A DNA stretch of 64,000 bases from Zygnema circumcarinatum SAG 698-1b. Its lineage: Eukaryota > Plantae > Zygnematophyceae. Shown here piece by piece: positions 26,026 to 37,600 of the stretch. Position 1 is the first letter of the stretch; each line of letters starts with the position of its first letter. A program made the position numbers and the translations under genes. The notes below the pieces were generated by a model. That model was not told the origin of the DNA and did no database searches. It saw only the letters and a program-made list of their open reading frames with translations. Where the stretch lies: NCBI GenBank assembly GCA_037447605.1, contig CM074806.1, forward strand, positions 806,001 to 870,000, written 5' to 3'.

Positions 26026-26971
26026 GGGTAGTGATATTTCCACCCCTTTTTTGGATCCAAACACCCCTTCCCGGCCGGGCAGATTTTAAAAAGGATTAAA
26101 AACGGAAAATGCTTTTTTCACAACTTTTTGGAATCGATACCACCCTCCATCGGCAGATTTTATTTCTGCGAAACAAGGAAAATGATAACCCGTCACCCCA
26201 TTTGAATATCCCGCCTACCTGAATTTTTTTTCACTCGTGCGGTCAATCGCAGCCGTCGATTCCCTCGCAGATCGCAACACGGCAGATCACTATTTGATCG
26301 GCAGCCGGGCTCGGTCACAGCGCATGGCACGGGCCCACGTAACCCGCCAAAGTCCTATCAAACGTTTGTCCGTACAAATGTCGTACGGTCTCAACTTGAG
26401 GAACCCAAAATTTCGTACATTGAGATCTTAAACCAATCAAAATTTTCCACGTCAAAAATGTAACACGTGGCAGATTCTTATTGGCTGGAAGCTAACTATG
26501 ACGAGATCTCGGGCCGAAGGACGCGCGCACTCGCATGTGCGATTTGACTTTGACGGGACTCGTGGGCGCTTTCCATTCGCTGAGATCGAGCCCGGCTGCA
26601 GATCGAACGGTGAGCTGCAGTGGTGTGATCTGCGAGGGAAGCGACAGATGCGATTGACACGCACGTGTGAAGGACGGACACCCGCAAACGATCTCGTGGC
26701 GGACGGATCTTCCGCTCTGAGCGGATTCGGGCAGGAAGATATTTCTTTCCCTCAAAAAAAAATTCAGGGAGGCGGGATACAGTATTCAAAATGCGGTGAC
26801 GGGGTATCATTTTCCTTTGGTTAGCAAAAATAAAATCAGCCGACGGAAGAAGGTGGGTATCGATTTCAAAAAGGTGTGAAAAAAGCATTTTCTGTTTTTA
26901 ATCCCTTTTGAAATCTGCCCGGCCGGGAAGGGGTGTTTGGATCCAAAAAAGGGGTGGAAATATCACTACCC
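26026..26971. mobile_element. Non-autonomous foldback DNA transposon (MULE-like or hAT-derived), 946 bp, long TIRs, 8-bp TSD
   Basis: Termini GGGTAGTGATATTTCCACCCC... / ...GGGGTGGAAATATCACTACCC. The first ~60 bp are a perfect inverted match and imperfect pairing extends over 300 bp. TTTTTCTA flanks both ends (26018-26025, 26972-26979). No transposase ORF. Confidence 0.92.
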
Positions 26972-27744
26972 TTTTTCTAACACGGTTTTGAGGGCCTCCT
27001 CTGTTCCTGCATCTCCCTGTGAAATTTCACTGTACAGATCGTTTTTGGTCTCTTCAGTATCTCCGGAGAAACAGGCATTTCGCTCTTTTGCTCATTTCAC
27101 AGAGGGCATCTTCCACCTTCTCTATCTCTCCTCTTCTCTTCGTCATTCTGAACTGATTTGTCCATCAAGACACTGACAGGAGTACTACGTTGTTTTACAA
27201 AAACTGGGTATGAAAGAAAAAATCAGACTTGAAAAAATCGATGTGGATTCGTTTTCAGAAGGAAGTACTCTGAACTCCTCTGTCAATACCTATTTCGAAT
27301 GAAAACGTGGACAGAGCTTGAAGTTTGACTTCTAGCTTCAACTTCAGTGTGAAACCTTTCTAAGTCTCAAACACCCTTACTAGCGGATTTCCCCTACCTG
27401 GAATGCATGCATCAAAAGGACTCATCAACTGCACTGCAAAGTTACAAGCAAAAAACACTTCGTTTAAGAACACTACTATCGAGGGATCTTTTCATCTCTC
27501 ACAAATTAGCAAACCCCCCTTCTTTAAGCATTTCTTGTAACGGTACTCTAAAGCCCGCAATTAGCTGTGGATGAAACGGTGCCTTCTACCCTATTCATAT
27601 AAAGGTCGTCCCTAATCTTTCCTAGGAGCAAACAAACCAATAAAAAAAATCAAATGCGAAGCGGTCACAACAAGATATGTAAGCTCACTCTCCGTAAGCC
27701 CGTTGAGGGGCTATTTCCTCCTCTTCCTCTTGAGAGCAAGAGGC

Positions 27745-30653
27745 CTACTGCAAGCCGAAGTATACACCGGCTCCAAGGCCAACAACTCCAAGAATCAACG
27801 TCAAGATGACGACAATGGGTAAGCTACTCCCTCCAATGACACTCCCGGTTTCAGCATCATAGCCAGCGAAACGCTTCTTCGGTGCGGAGCATTGGGGGCA
27901 TCCAAAGGTATCGGGCTGCACAAGATCAGTAAGAGTTTCAGTAAGAGTTTCGGCTAATCGAGAGCTCGAGCTTCACAATGGCAGTTGACAAAATGGAAAG
28001 TTTTGAACTGCAAGAGCTGGTGGTTCAAAGGAGGGGATGCTTCTCACCTGCTCATCGAAGGGCTTCGCTAGAGTGTAGATATATCCACAGTCGAGGCAGA
28101 TGTGTGTGGCTCGTGCCTGCGATAGACAGCAGGGAAGGCCCGGTCCAAAGCGAACAGTTGGCAAAAACTATTGAAAATGGACTAGAGCTTCACTTTTGCG
28201 GAATTTTCAATGTCAACAGCGTGTGACATGACATTGAGGGCATTTACTGAAATACAAATTCATGGATCGCCCATTACAAAAGCCATGAGGTCTGAGTAGT
28301 ATGGCTCATGGCGTATGCCGTTGCTATAACTTTCTTGGATATTGCCATTCGTCACATGCACTGAAGAGCAGGCCAAAATTTGAATACTCAATGCTGTCAC
28401 ATTCAGCCAGTTGCCAAAATTCAAGCGGCGTACCTTCTGTGCCTCCGTGAGTTTTTTGTCACCGAAACGGGACGGAGCAGGTCTTTTGGGGAGTCTCTTC
28501 GTCTCAACCTCCCCTCCACTGACATTTCCCCCCCACCAACTTATCGTATGAGAGTTGAGACCTATCATACGCTTGCCTTTACTACTGAGAGAGTTTCAGG
28601 ATTGCTGAAATAAGACGTCGTGAAGGAACCCATAGTCACTTCGGCTATCAACTTGACTACAGTATCCTCATAAGAAAAGCGACGCAAAAAAGCTCACAAT
28701 GGTTGGTGCGAGGAAACTGCAGATTGTACACTGCACAGTAGAACTGGTTGGACGAATGTGAAACGGCTACTTGTACTCAATTGCACCATCAGAACTAGGA
28801 ACTCACCGAGCCACCACAAAGTAAATAGAGTCGGGTTTTGCGCGGATGACTGTGCGCACAAAGCTCAGCTTGTCTGCTGGCCATAGCTCGTCTCCAAAGA
28901 AGCTGCTTGTATAGACTACCTGGTCACCAACTTTCAGTCCCGCACTCGCGCCATTGCCACCAGGTGCCACATTCTGCAACCACGAAAGCCCTTACACTAT
29001 ATGAGCTGTGAGAATTTACCTTCTTTAACAAAACGAAAAGCAAGTCTTGGACACACTTATAGACAGTAAAATCCTTCAACTGGCCCACAAAATGACCCCC
29101 AAACCAAGTGCAGGTTGCTTCAGCGCAAATGGTTGGACAGAAACCATGAGATACGGCTAAGTTGAATTCACAAAAAAAACCGTTTGGACCTGGACTCTCT
29201 CACATTTGCGTCACAGTCGATAGTCCGACAGTATGCGGCTTAGTATGCAAGCCTCATCCAGCTCCACACAAGAGAAGGTGCTTACTGTGATAAGGATAGG
29301 ACCACCCTCCTTCTGTCCCATCTCAATGCCCAAAGGTTTATCCACCTCTGCCTCAACCTCCTTCACCGCAGCGGATGGTCGTGATTGCACCTGCATCATC
29401 TTGTCACCATTTTGGCTTTTTTTAATTCCCAGACAAGATCTAAAGTTAAGGAGACAATGCAGACTAGCTGAGATATTTTTCCAGGAACCTAGTCTATTTT
29501 CACACCATCTACAACGCTGTTCATTGTTTTTGAAAAGGTGGATGGAGAGCCATCACTACCCGACAGTTGCGTTGGGGCATAATCGACCTTACAGTAGAAC
29601 AGCTAGCTAGAAAATGACGAACTAGGTGAACCCATTCGGTCAATAAGCCGGTGACTGGCAACCAGGTAAGAGTTAATCCCAAACTCGAAAATGTCAGTAC
29701 TGTATCAGTCAAAGGACACTTGAAGCAGCATTAAACATGCATCGAAAAGCCGTGGGCAAAAAACTGAGGGAAGCGAGAAAACTGTAGCGAAGCATTACGA
29801 TTACTTCTGAGTGAAAAATCTTGCGAATAAAACCATTAAGCCACCAAAATCAGCCTCAATAAAACCCGGTAATAAATTTGTACGATTGAAACTATAGTTG
29901 AGATTGAAAGTCGCGACCTGACATTTTTTACATATATAGAGAACTATTTCAGACATTTCTCGATAAGAAGAGGAAAGCCAAGATCGTGACGATCGCTGCT
30001 TTCGAAAAATTGGAATGAGTTTCGAAAAACTTCATAAGGAAAGAGAAGAAGACGAAGAAAAGGGAATGCCGGTAACTGGAAATTTGAATCGGGAGTCATC
30101 CTCGCCAAGGCAGTCAAAGCAGCACGATTTATCACTTGACGTATCAGCAAGCATAGAATGCAACTGAGAGGGAAAGGGAGATTTTTCACCTGCTCACGCT
30201 GTTTCCTTTGGCGGGAAAGAGAGGGCATTGCTGCGAACTTCACTGATCCGATGAAACCATTCTGCAGCCAGCCTCTCCCTGCCAGTCAGGCTGCACGTAG
30301 AGGCATTTGACTTACGCTGAAATCCAGTATGCACTGCTTCCGCCGGTATCTTTCATTTCAACATACACCAACTACTTCCAGGCTTCAGTCAATGCACACT
30401 GAAGGTCCTGCATTGGTGCGTTGAACTCAGTGCTAAACTCACATGAATGTGAAGCTAAAATAAACAAAAAGAGATCGCGCAGTGTAACAACTTCCTGAGT
30501 CCACACCTTCAAGCCTGCAGCCCCCCCGGCTGCTGCAACGCGCAGACCGCCGACAGCAGGAATCCGCACATCCCGCTGCTGCGTGGAAGCAGACGATGCA
30601 CTCAAGGCAACAGTGCTGTGGCCTGCGCAAGAAGCTGCGAATGCAGTAGCCAT
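27745..30653 (-). CDS. ENH1: Plastid PDZ + rubredoxin-like protein (ENH1-like), about 7 exons
   Basis: Ala/Ser-rich transit peptide; VEAEVDKPLG, GLKVGDQVVYTSSFFGDELWPADKL, KRLPKRPAPSRFG.KKLTEAQK|ARATHICLDCGYIY..KPFDEQ|PD..CPQCSAPKKRFA; C-terminal TM helix. Confidence 0.92.
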
Positions 30654-30889
30654 AGCTATTTAGTAGCGGCCTCCCAGCAGCAGCGACTAGCTGTAAAATG
30701 TGGCAGCACGTCCCTCCTCTCCCGCCTAAGCTCAGGACTTCTTCTCCTTCTTGTAAAAATCAAAGGAAGGAGGGGGCACAGAAACAAAGGAAACCGCGGA
30801 AGCGCGTTTGTTTGTCCTGCCGCTCTCTTTCTATACGGTGGGACCTTCCGACTGTTCCTTCCATAGCGCAACTGTATCCGAGCCTCCTC

Positions 30890-31330
30890 CAGTGGTGAGT
30901 CGCCACGTACGCAAGTTTGTACAGGTGGCGAGTCCACATTGGCCGATGCCCACACGCGAGCCCCCGGGGCTGTCCGTCCCTCCAGGCCGCGACGTGGCGC
31001 GCGGAGGGCTCACAAACTCGCCCGCGCCAGGACACACGTGCGAACAGCGAACAGTCAGTTTCATCGCTCTATGTTTGAAATCGAGAAATATGTAGCACGC
31101 GATTTCGAGCATAGAACCCTAGAAATGACGAACATGTCGTCATCACAATATGGAGCAAAAACATCGGTTCGCGACTGAACACGTGGCAGGTGCAGCGTCG
31201 TCGAAAAGATTTACTTCACAGATTTTGTACACCACGTGGCACTCTGAAAATCGAGAATTCGAAAAGATCGACATGCAGTTGTCCACGTGGCACTTGAACG
31301 ACCGTCGACCGCGTGGCGCCTCGTACAATG
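30890..31330. promoter_or_regulatory. Bidirectional promoter region (ENH1-like / hydrolase-CAAX gene) with a dense G-box/ABRE cluster
   Basis: CACGTG at ~31036, 31180, 31233 and 31284, plus GCCACGTA, GACGTGGC and CGCGTGGC (CE3-like). Confidence 0.6.
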
Positions 31331-31571
31331 TCGGTGCCGAATCTCCCCCGGGCGGTCCACCGAATCAAAATCTCCCTCGTAGAAACTCACACTTGCGTGT
31401 CAACGCCGCTCCTTCCGTACGGAACCGACTGTACGAAGTACAAAATCAGGTATCCGTTGTACGGTCACAGTGTTGGTCCGTACAGTATACCAGGACTGCA
31501 AGTGCAAATACGGTTTATCAAATGGCTGAGAGACAGTGGACCTTTTGGAAGGGGCAGGAAGGCGAGTGGAG

Positions 31572-31660
31572 CAGGGAGGGAGGGAGGAAGGGAGGAAGGG
31601 AGGAAGGGAGGGAGGAAGGGAGGAAGGGAGGAAGGGAGGGAGGGAGGGAGGGAGGGAGGG
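31572..31660. repeat. (GGGA/GGAA)n purine repeat immediately upstream of the hydrolase start
   Basis: Direct reading. It generates the GGRE tract at the start of ORF 31536. Confidence 0.9.
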
Positions 31661-31667
31661 CATCCCT

Positions 31668-34600
31668 ATGCAGGCGCCAAGGACGGGGCAGAGGGCGCCT
31701 GCAGCTGCGCAATGCGCCTCCTGCAGGGCGTTTTCAGCTTCTACGTTTCGTGAAATTAAGTTTTCGGGTGCTGGAATAGGTGGGAATGGTGAAAGATTCT
31801 CGGGGGAGGGCCTGAAAGGCCAGGTTTGGATCGCACCTTCGATTTCTACTGTCGCTGCTACCCGCCTGATAAAATATAATAAGAAATGGATACAACACTC
31901 GTGGCTGGTTTCGCACCCTCCTGGAACGGGGAGCTTGAGTCGTCAGCGATGCTCGAGGAAATGTCAGAGGCGATTGCCGTTTCACAGACATATCATTCAA
32001 GCAGGGGCCGTAGATCCAAGCTTTGTTACTGCAGGAGGCAATTTTCTCTCAGAAACACTCTCTCATGCAGCAGAAAGTGTAAGGACACTTCTGAGGTTTG
32101 GAAATATTGCAGAAATTTCGGAAAACTTGCCAGTTGTCATCGTCGGCGATGGTGGAACACGCGTGGCTGGTGAAGCAGCAGAGAATTTATTCAAGGATCT
32201 GAATGCCACAATACATACTACTGGCTTGTTGGTCGAGGGGAGTCTGCAGGTAGCCTTGGCTGCCGCACTGGCTTCAGCTGGTGGAGCTATTATAGGAAGT
32301 TCAAGAAGTAATAATTTGGCGGTTGCTGAATCAAAAGATAGCAGGGACAACCGCAATAAGCAGCAATTTGAACCAACGGAAGGTCCGTGTGAAGCGGTAG
32401 AAGAGAACGAGGGAGAGGGCGAGGAGGAGGGACAAATAACTGAAACAGATAGAAGTCCTGACCTCCAGATGCAACTCAGTGACTCTTCATTCAACCGTTT
32501 TGTCATAACTCGTTGTCCGGCGCTGAGGAGCAGCACATCTGCTGTTGACTTTTCCGCACTCAGTGGTTCACGGATAAAGGGGAGAAGACAAGGTGGAGGG
32601 CGACGGAGACCACTTCCGAATGCAAGCCATGGCGTGGAGCTTATTGGCCTGCAGCGCAGTTGCTTGCTTGCCGCTGATGGGGGTGTGGTGGCCATGGACT
32701 GGGCGTCTGACGTCAGCCTTACCGACGACAATGGAATGGAAACAACTGTTCTGGTGGTGGCAGGGACACCTGAGGGAAGCGCAGACCTGGAAATTAGGGC
32801 ATTTGCGGAAGCGGCTCGATGCCAAGGCCTTTTTGCTGTCATTTTAAATCCACGCGGCTGTGGGGGGAGCCCGCTGACGAGCCCCAGGTATTGTCTCGTT
32901 CCCTCGTTTAAACTGATGTATTCCGAAGCCTTCTTGCTCCATTGGCATCTTTCGACTAGTGCAGAATTCGGAGCACTTTTGAGAAAATAGACGAAAGTAT
33001 TGATGGTTAGAGTTATTTTCTTCAGCAACGTTTTTTGCGGCAACTGTAGTCATGACCAGAAAACTGCCTTAGAGTTCTATGTGGTGACACAGAAGGAAGC
33101 AAACTTATCTTGAACTTGAGGAAGTGCACAACTTCATGTTTCATTCTCATAAGGCACTTGGACTTGAACATGCCTTCAAGTAACGACGGGCCACTTTCTA
33201 GGTTCATAAATTCTGTTGAACACAATGTTTTGAACTATCATAACGTAGTTGTAAAAAGGGAAGATATAAAGAAAAGAGTGAAACTGGTTTGCACTAGCGG
33301 CAATTGCACTGAGACCATTCAAGAACCTATTGGGCAAGAACCTATGCGAACAACCCTTTCCCTTCTGAACAGGTCTTTCTAGGAAACACGTGATTTAGCC
33401 ATTTAGTGACGCTGTGTTCTCGGGAGGGCCTTCTGCAGGCTTTTCTCTCCAGCTGATAGTGCAGACGTCCTTTTGGCCGCCGAGTATCTGTCAATAAAGC
33501 GGCCGCTGAGTCCCCTTTTTGCAGTTGGATGGGGCGAGGGAGGCAGCATGATCATAAGGCACTTAGGGGAGGCAGGCCTGCAGACTCCAATAGCAGCAGC
33601 AGTAACGATAGGAGCACCGCTTTGCTTACATGAGGCTGCAGTCAGTCTCGAACGCCCCATTAACCAGCCACAAAATACTGCCATAACGGATGGGTTGAAG
33701 CAGCTGTTGAGAGCTCATCAGGTGGGTTGAGCGGCCTCACCACCGACAGGCGATTGAGAAGAAGGAAAATTTGGCAAAATAGCTGCAACACTTCACGTTT
33801 TTTTATCTAGAGTTGAAGAGCGAAAATCGTGAGAGATGCCTCTCTGTTGTGAAGGTGTGGATTGCAGATGCTGTTTGAGGGCACTCGATCAGGCTTTGGG
33901 GTCGAGGCGGCATTGGGAGCAAAGTCTGTGCGGGAGTTTGACCGTGCAATCAGACGTGTTTCTCTCGCGTGTGATTCTATGGACGAGTACTACCAGGCAG
34001 TTAGCTGCCAGAATGCTTTGTCGAAAGTGCAAATTCCGCTTTTGTGCATTCAGGTGAGCTCCAGCAAGACTTCTCGTTTACTCCTCTTTCCCCCTCCCCC
34101 CCTCCCCCCCCCCGGTCGTCTCCATATTCTGTCTACATCTCTCCTTTCCTCTCCACGTACCTCTCCCTCGCGCTCTCCCTAGCCGCTCTATCTGTCCTTT
34201 TTCATGTTCATCACATTTCGCATGCGTTCGCATTCATTCGCATCCACTTCCTTCCCCACACTTTATTTCCTGGCTCTCACGTTTACAGCCACGTCTCCCA
34301 TTTTCGTCTCCACCTCTGTTTTCTTCCAACTATGTCTCTTCCTGTGCTCGTTTCCCTTAATCACCTTCTCCCTCTCAGGTTTCCTCAGGGTACACTCCCT
34401 TCCTCCAAGCACGTTCACGCCTCTCTTTGATCCCCCTCCCTTCTCAGGGCGCAGGGTTCAGTCCGAGCTGAGGACGGGGGTTTGAGATTGGGCAGGCTGT
34501 TGACGACGCTCAGGCGCCATTGCTGGCCCTCCCGCTTCCTGCCATGAAGGCGAATCCCAGCATCACATTGGCAGTCGCAACATCGTTTCGCCATGAAGGA

Positions 34601-37600
34601 GAAGATGTGAGAGGGAGTCTTCGGAGAGGGGGCTGGAGAGTCGACGCGGTCCTGCAGGTGAAAGACTTTAACTGTGTGTCGATTATTGTTCTTCCTTTTT
34701 TCCATCTTCATGTTGTTGTCAATCGAAGTCTGTGTCAATCTGTGTCCTTTGTTCTTTCCTTGATCATTTGTGTGTGCTTTCTGTTCTTCCAGTGGCTTGC
34801 TGCAGTGGAAGTGGCCCTCCTAAAGGGCAAGCGGCCGGACGATCAGGCTGGGCCACCTCTGCCACATGTCAAGCCTCCAGGATTTCTCTCATGGGGAAAT
34901 GGGCGAGAGAGCGCCATTCCGCTTGTGGAGTTGGAGGATTCGGGAGCGACTCCTGCAGCCATGGATGGAAGGATTACTGCAGAGGATGAGGGTTTAGAGG
35001 CAGAGTTCTGTGAGATTCCAGAAGCACAGATCCCCGAAAACAGTGCCAGTGTTAGTATTTTGAGGGAAGCAGAGTCTGCACAGCGAACAGTTGACGAAGT
35101 GTTCGGGAACTGTCAGGAGGAGGGGGACATAACTGGAGTAACAGCACAGGACGAGAGAGAAAGCGGAGGAGAGAAACAGGACGATAAAGGGCAGGAGAAT
35201 CCTCCTCCTCCTGCTCCTGCTCCTCCTCCTCCTCCTCCTCCTCCTGGCTCAACTCCAGAAGAGGCAGGAAGAGCACGTGCAACCGCGGAAAGTGTTTTGA
35301 ACATGCTCGATATAACAAGGCCTGGAATCTTGCAACCAGAGCAAAAGCAAAAGGTGAGGTTGTCAATTATGATTAGTCTTTAGAGTTCTTGGTGACCTAG
35401 CCTGAGCGTGCCGTGAGTTGAGTCTCTGCCTCATTCTCTCAGTTCCTGACTCTCCCCTTACCCCACCTCGTCCTCCCTCATCCAACCTCCGCCTTGTTCG
35501 TAACTTTTCTTTCAGCAAATACATAGCAAATAAAAGTCCTTTGTTTTTCTTCCCTTTCCTAGAAATTCTTGGCCATTGACATGCTCTCATTCTCCTCGTG
35601 CGACTGCAGGCATTGGCTGCCGTAGGACGAGGGGAGTCGCTGGTGAACGCTCTGCAGGTAATAGACGCGCGCTCTCTCTCATATCTTCCACTTCAAATTG
35701 CGAGCTGCGACACTTGTCAGAATAGCAGGTCAGTTGGCCGAGGGAGGGAGGGAGGAGGATTGGAGAGTGACAAAGGGTTGGGTGTGCAGGGTGCTGTACC
35801 GGAGGATGTGCGCGGAACACTTACAACTGCTATGCAGGAAGCTATGAAGGCTTCGAATATTAATTTTTCCTTAGTTGGTCTGCCGCATCCGAGCCTTTTT
35901 TCTGGCTCAGAGGAGCCCTCCCCTTCTCCCCCCACTACTCCTCTACCACAGCCAACCCCATCTGCTACCTCTACGGAGGAATCAGGGAAGTCGCAGGCTT
36001 CGGGAGAGAGCAATGGAGAAACGAAGTCATTTCCGTCCACTGCTCAAACTGAGGAAAGTGGTAAAAATCAGTCCGAAGGAAAGGAAGGCAGGAAGGAGTC
36101 GGAAGTTCGGCAAAAAGGTGTAGAGACGAAGGGAGAGGGTTCTGAGGGAGGCTCCTCTGAAGGGAGTGGAGGAGCTGAAGGTGTGATAGAGGCTGACGGC
36201 ATCAAAGAGAAGGAGAGCAAGGATGATGTAAAGGTGAAGGTCGCTCAAAATACGGGAGACGACATCCTATCCACCAATGAAAAACCAGATGTGACTGCGA
36301 AGGGGGTGGTGGAGCACAGTACAGTAAGCACAAACGATGAAGGAGCTGAAAAAAATGTTAAGGATGAAGGGAGTGAGAAGGTGAATGATCAGACACAGAA
36401 AGGAGAGTCAGAGAATTCTGGAGAGGAAAAGAAGGTGAAGGGTGAAAAGGAAGAGGGGAAGATAGCAGAAGACAAAAGCAAGGACCCAACTCCTGCCGTA
36501 GCCGGAGCAGCTGTAAACGCAGCAGCAGCTTTGTCTCCTCCGGCTGCCCGACCGGCTACTCCTCAGAAGCAGATAGATATGCGGATGGCTATGGAGGCTC
36601 TCACAGGTCTCGATGACTCGACACAGATGGCAGTCACAAATGTTCTTGGCGTGGTCGATTCGATGTTGTCGAGGCTTGAGATGGAACAGAAAGAAGCAAC
36701 AGAAGGCGATGGCAGTGTGATAGAAGAGTCGGAAGAACGGGTGGAGGTAAACGAGGGCGAGGAGAATGAAGGAAGTGCGAGAACAGAAGAAGGGGATGCA
36801 GGGAAGCTGAAGAAAGTGAAGCTTGAGAGGGATGACGGCTGGGAGGAGGGTCAGGGAGCTGCTGCTTCTTTGGAAGATTTTAACGGTGGTGGCAGGGTTA
36901 TAGATGTTGGGCAGGATGGAAATGGAGACGGTAGTGGGATGGGAGTGAGGGCTGAGGGAGGGATGACGGAGGAAGGGAGGAGGGAGGAAGGAGGTCACAG
37001 TGGAGTGACGCAAAAGCAGCCAGAGATAGGGCAAGGAAACGGGAAAGTGGTAGATGAAATAAGTAGTCGCAATGCATCTTTTTCGTCTGGTTTGAATCCA
37101 AATTCACCTGGCCGAGAAATTGGGGTCCAAGAAAAGCATGGAGGAAGTCCCATGCAATTGGAAGGAAATTCAGGGGAAAGCGATGCCATGGGTGCACGGA
37201 GTGAGAAGGAGGATGGTACTAGCATCAACAGAAACGCGCAAGGTGAGGGAGGACGAGAGAAGGAGAAGGAGAAGGGCAGCGAGATTTCAAACCCCAGTAG
37301 CCTGAACGACCTTTTGACGGATGTGAGGGAAGCAGCGGTACAGAAGAATTTCCAGCCACGTTTTCCGGCAGAATCCGTTGGAATTAACGGTACCCCGCGA
37401 GCGGCAGGTAGAGCTGTGGTCGCAGCCGCTGAAGTGAATGGATCGTATCATAAGAGGTCGAAAGAAGGAGGAGCAGCTGACAAGCACGAGGACGAGCAGG
37501 AAATGGTAAAAGCTCGTGCACGGGCTCTTGCGGACGGAATTCTCTTTCCTGATAGTGTTCTGGGAAAATCTTCACTAGCGAGCGAGGGGCTAGGGGAGCC

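Noticed and set aside
25854-27176. Two ORFs beginning MDPKKGWKYHYP as duplicated small genes
   Set aside because: Both start inside the TIRs of the foldback element and read outward from non-ATG starts. They are a by-product of the inverted repeat.
32063-33043. 326-aa antisense ORF (also 38072-38869)
   Set aside because: Shadow frames opposite genuine coding exons, with no recognisable domain.
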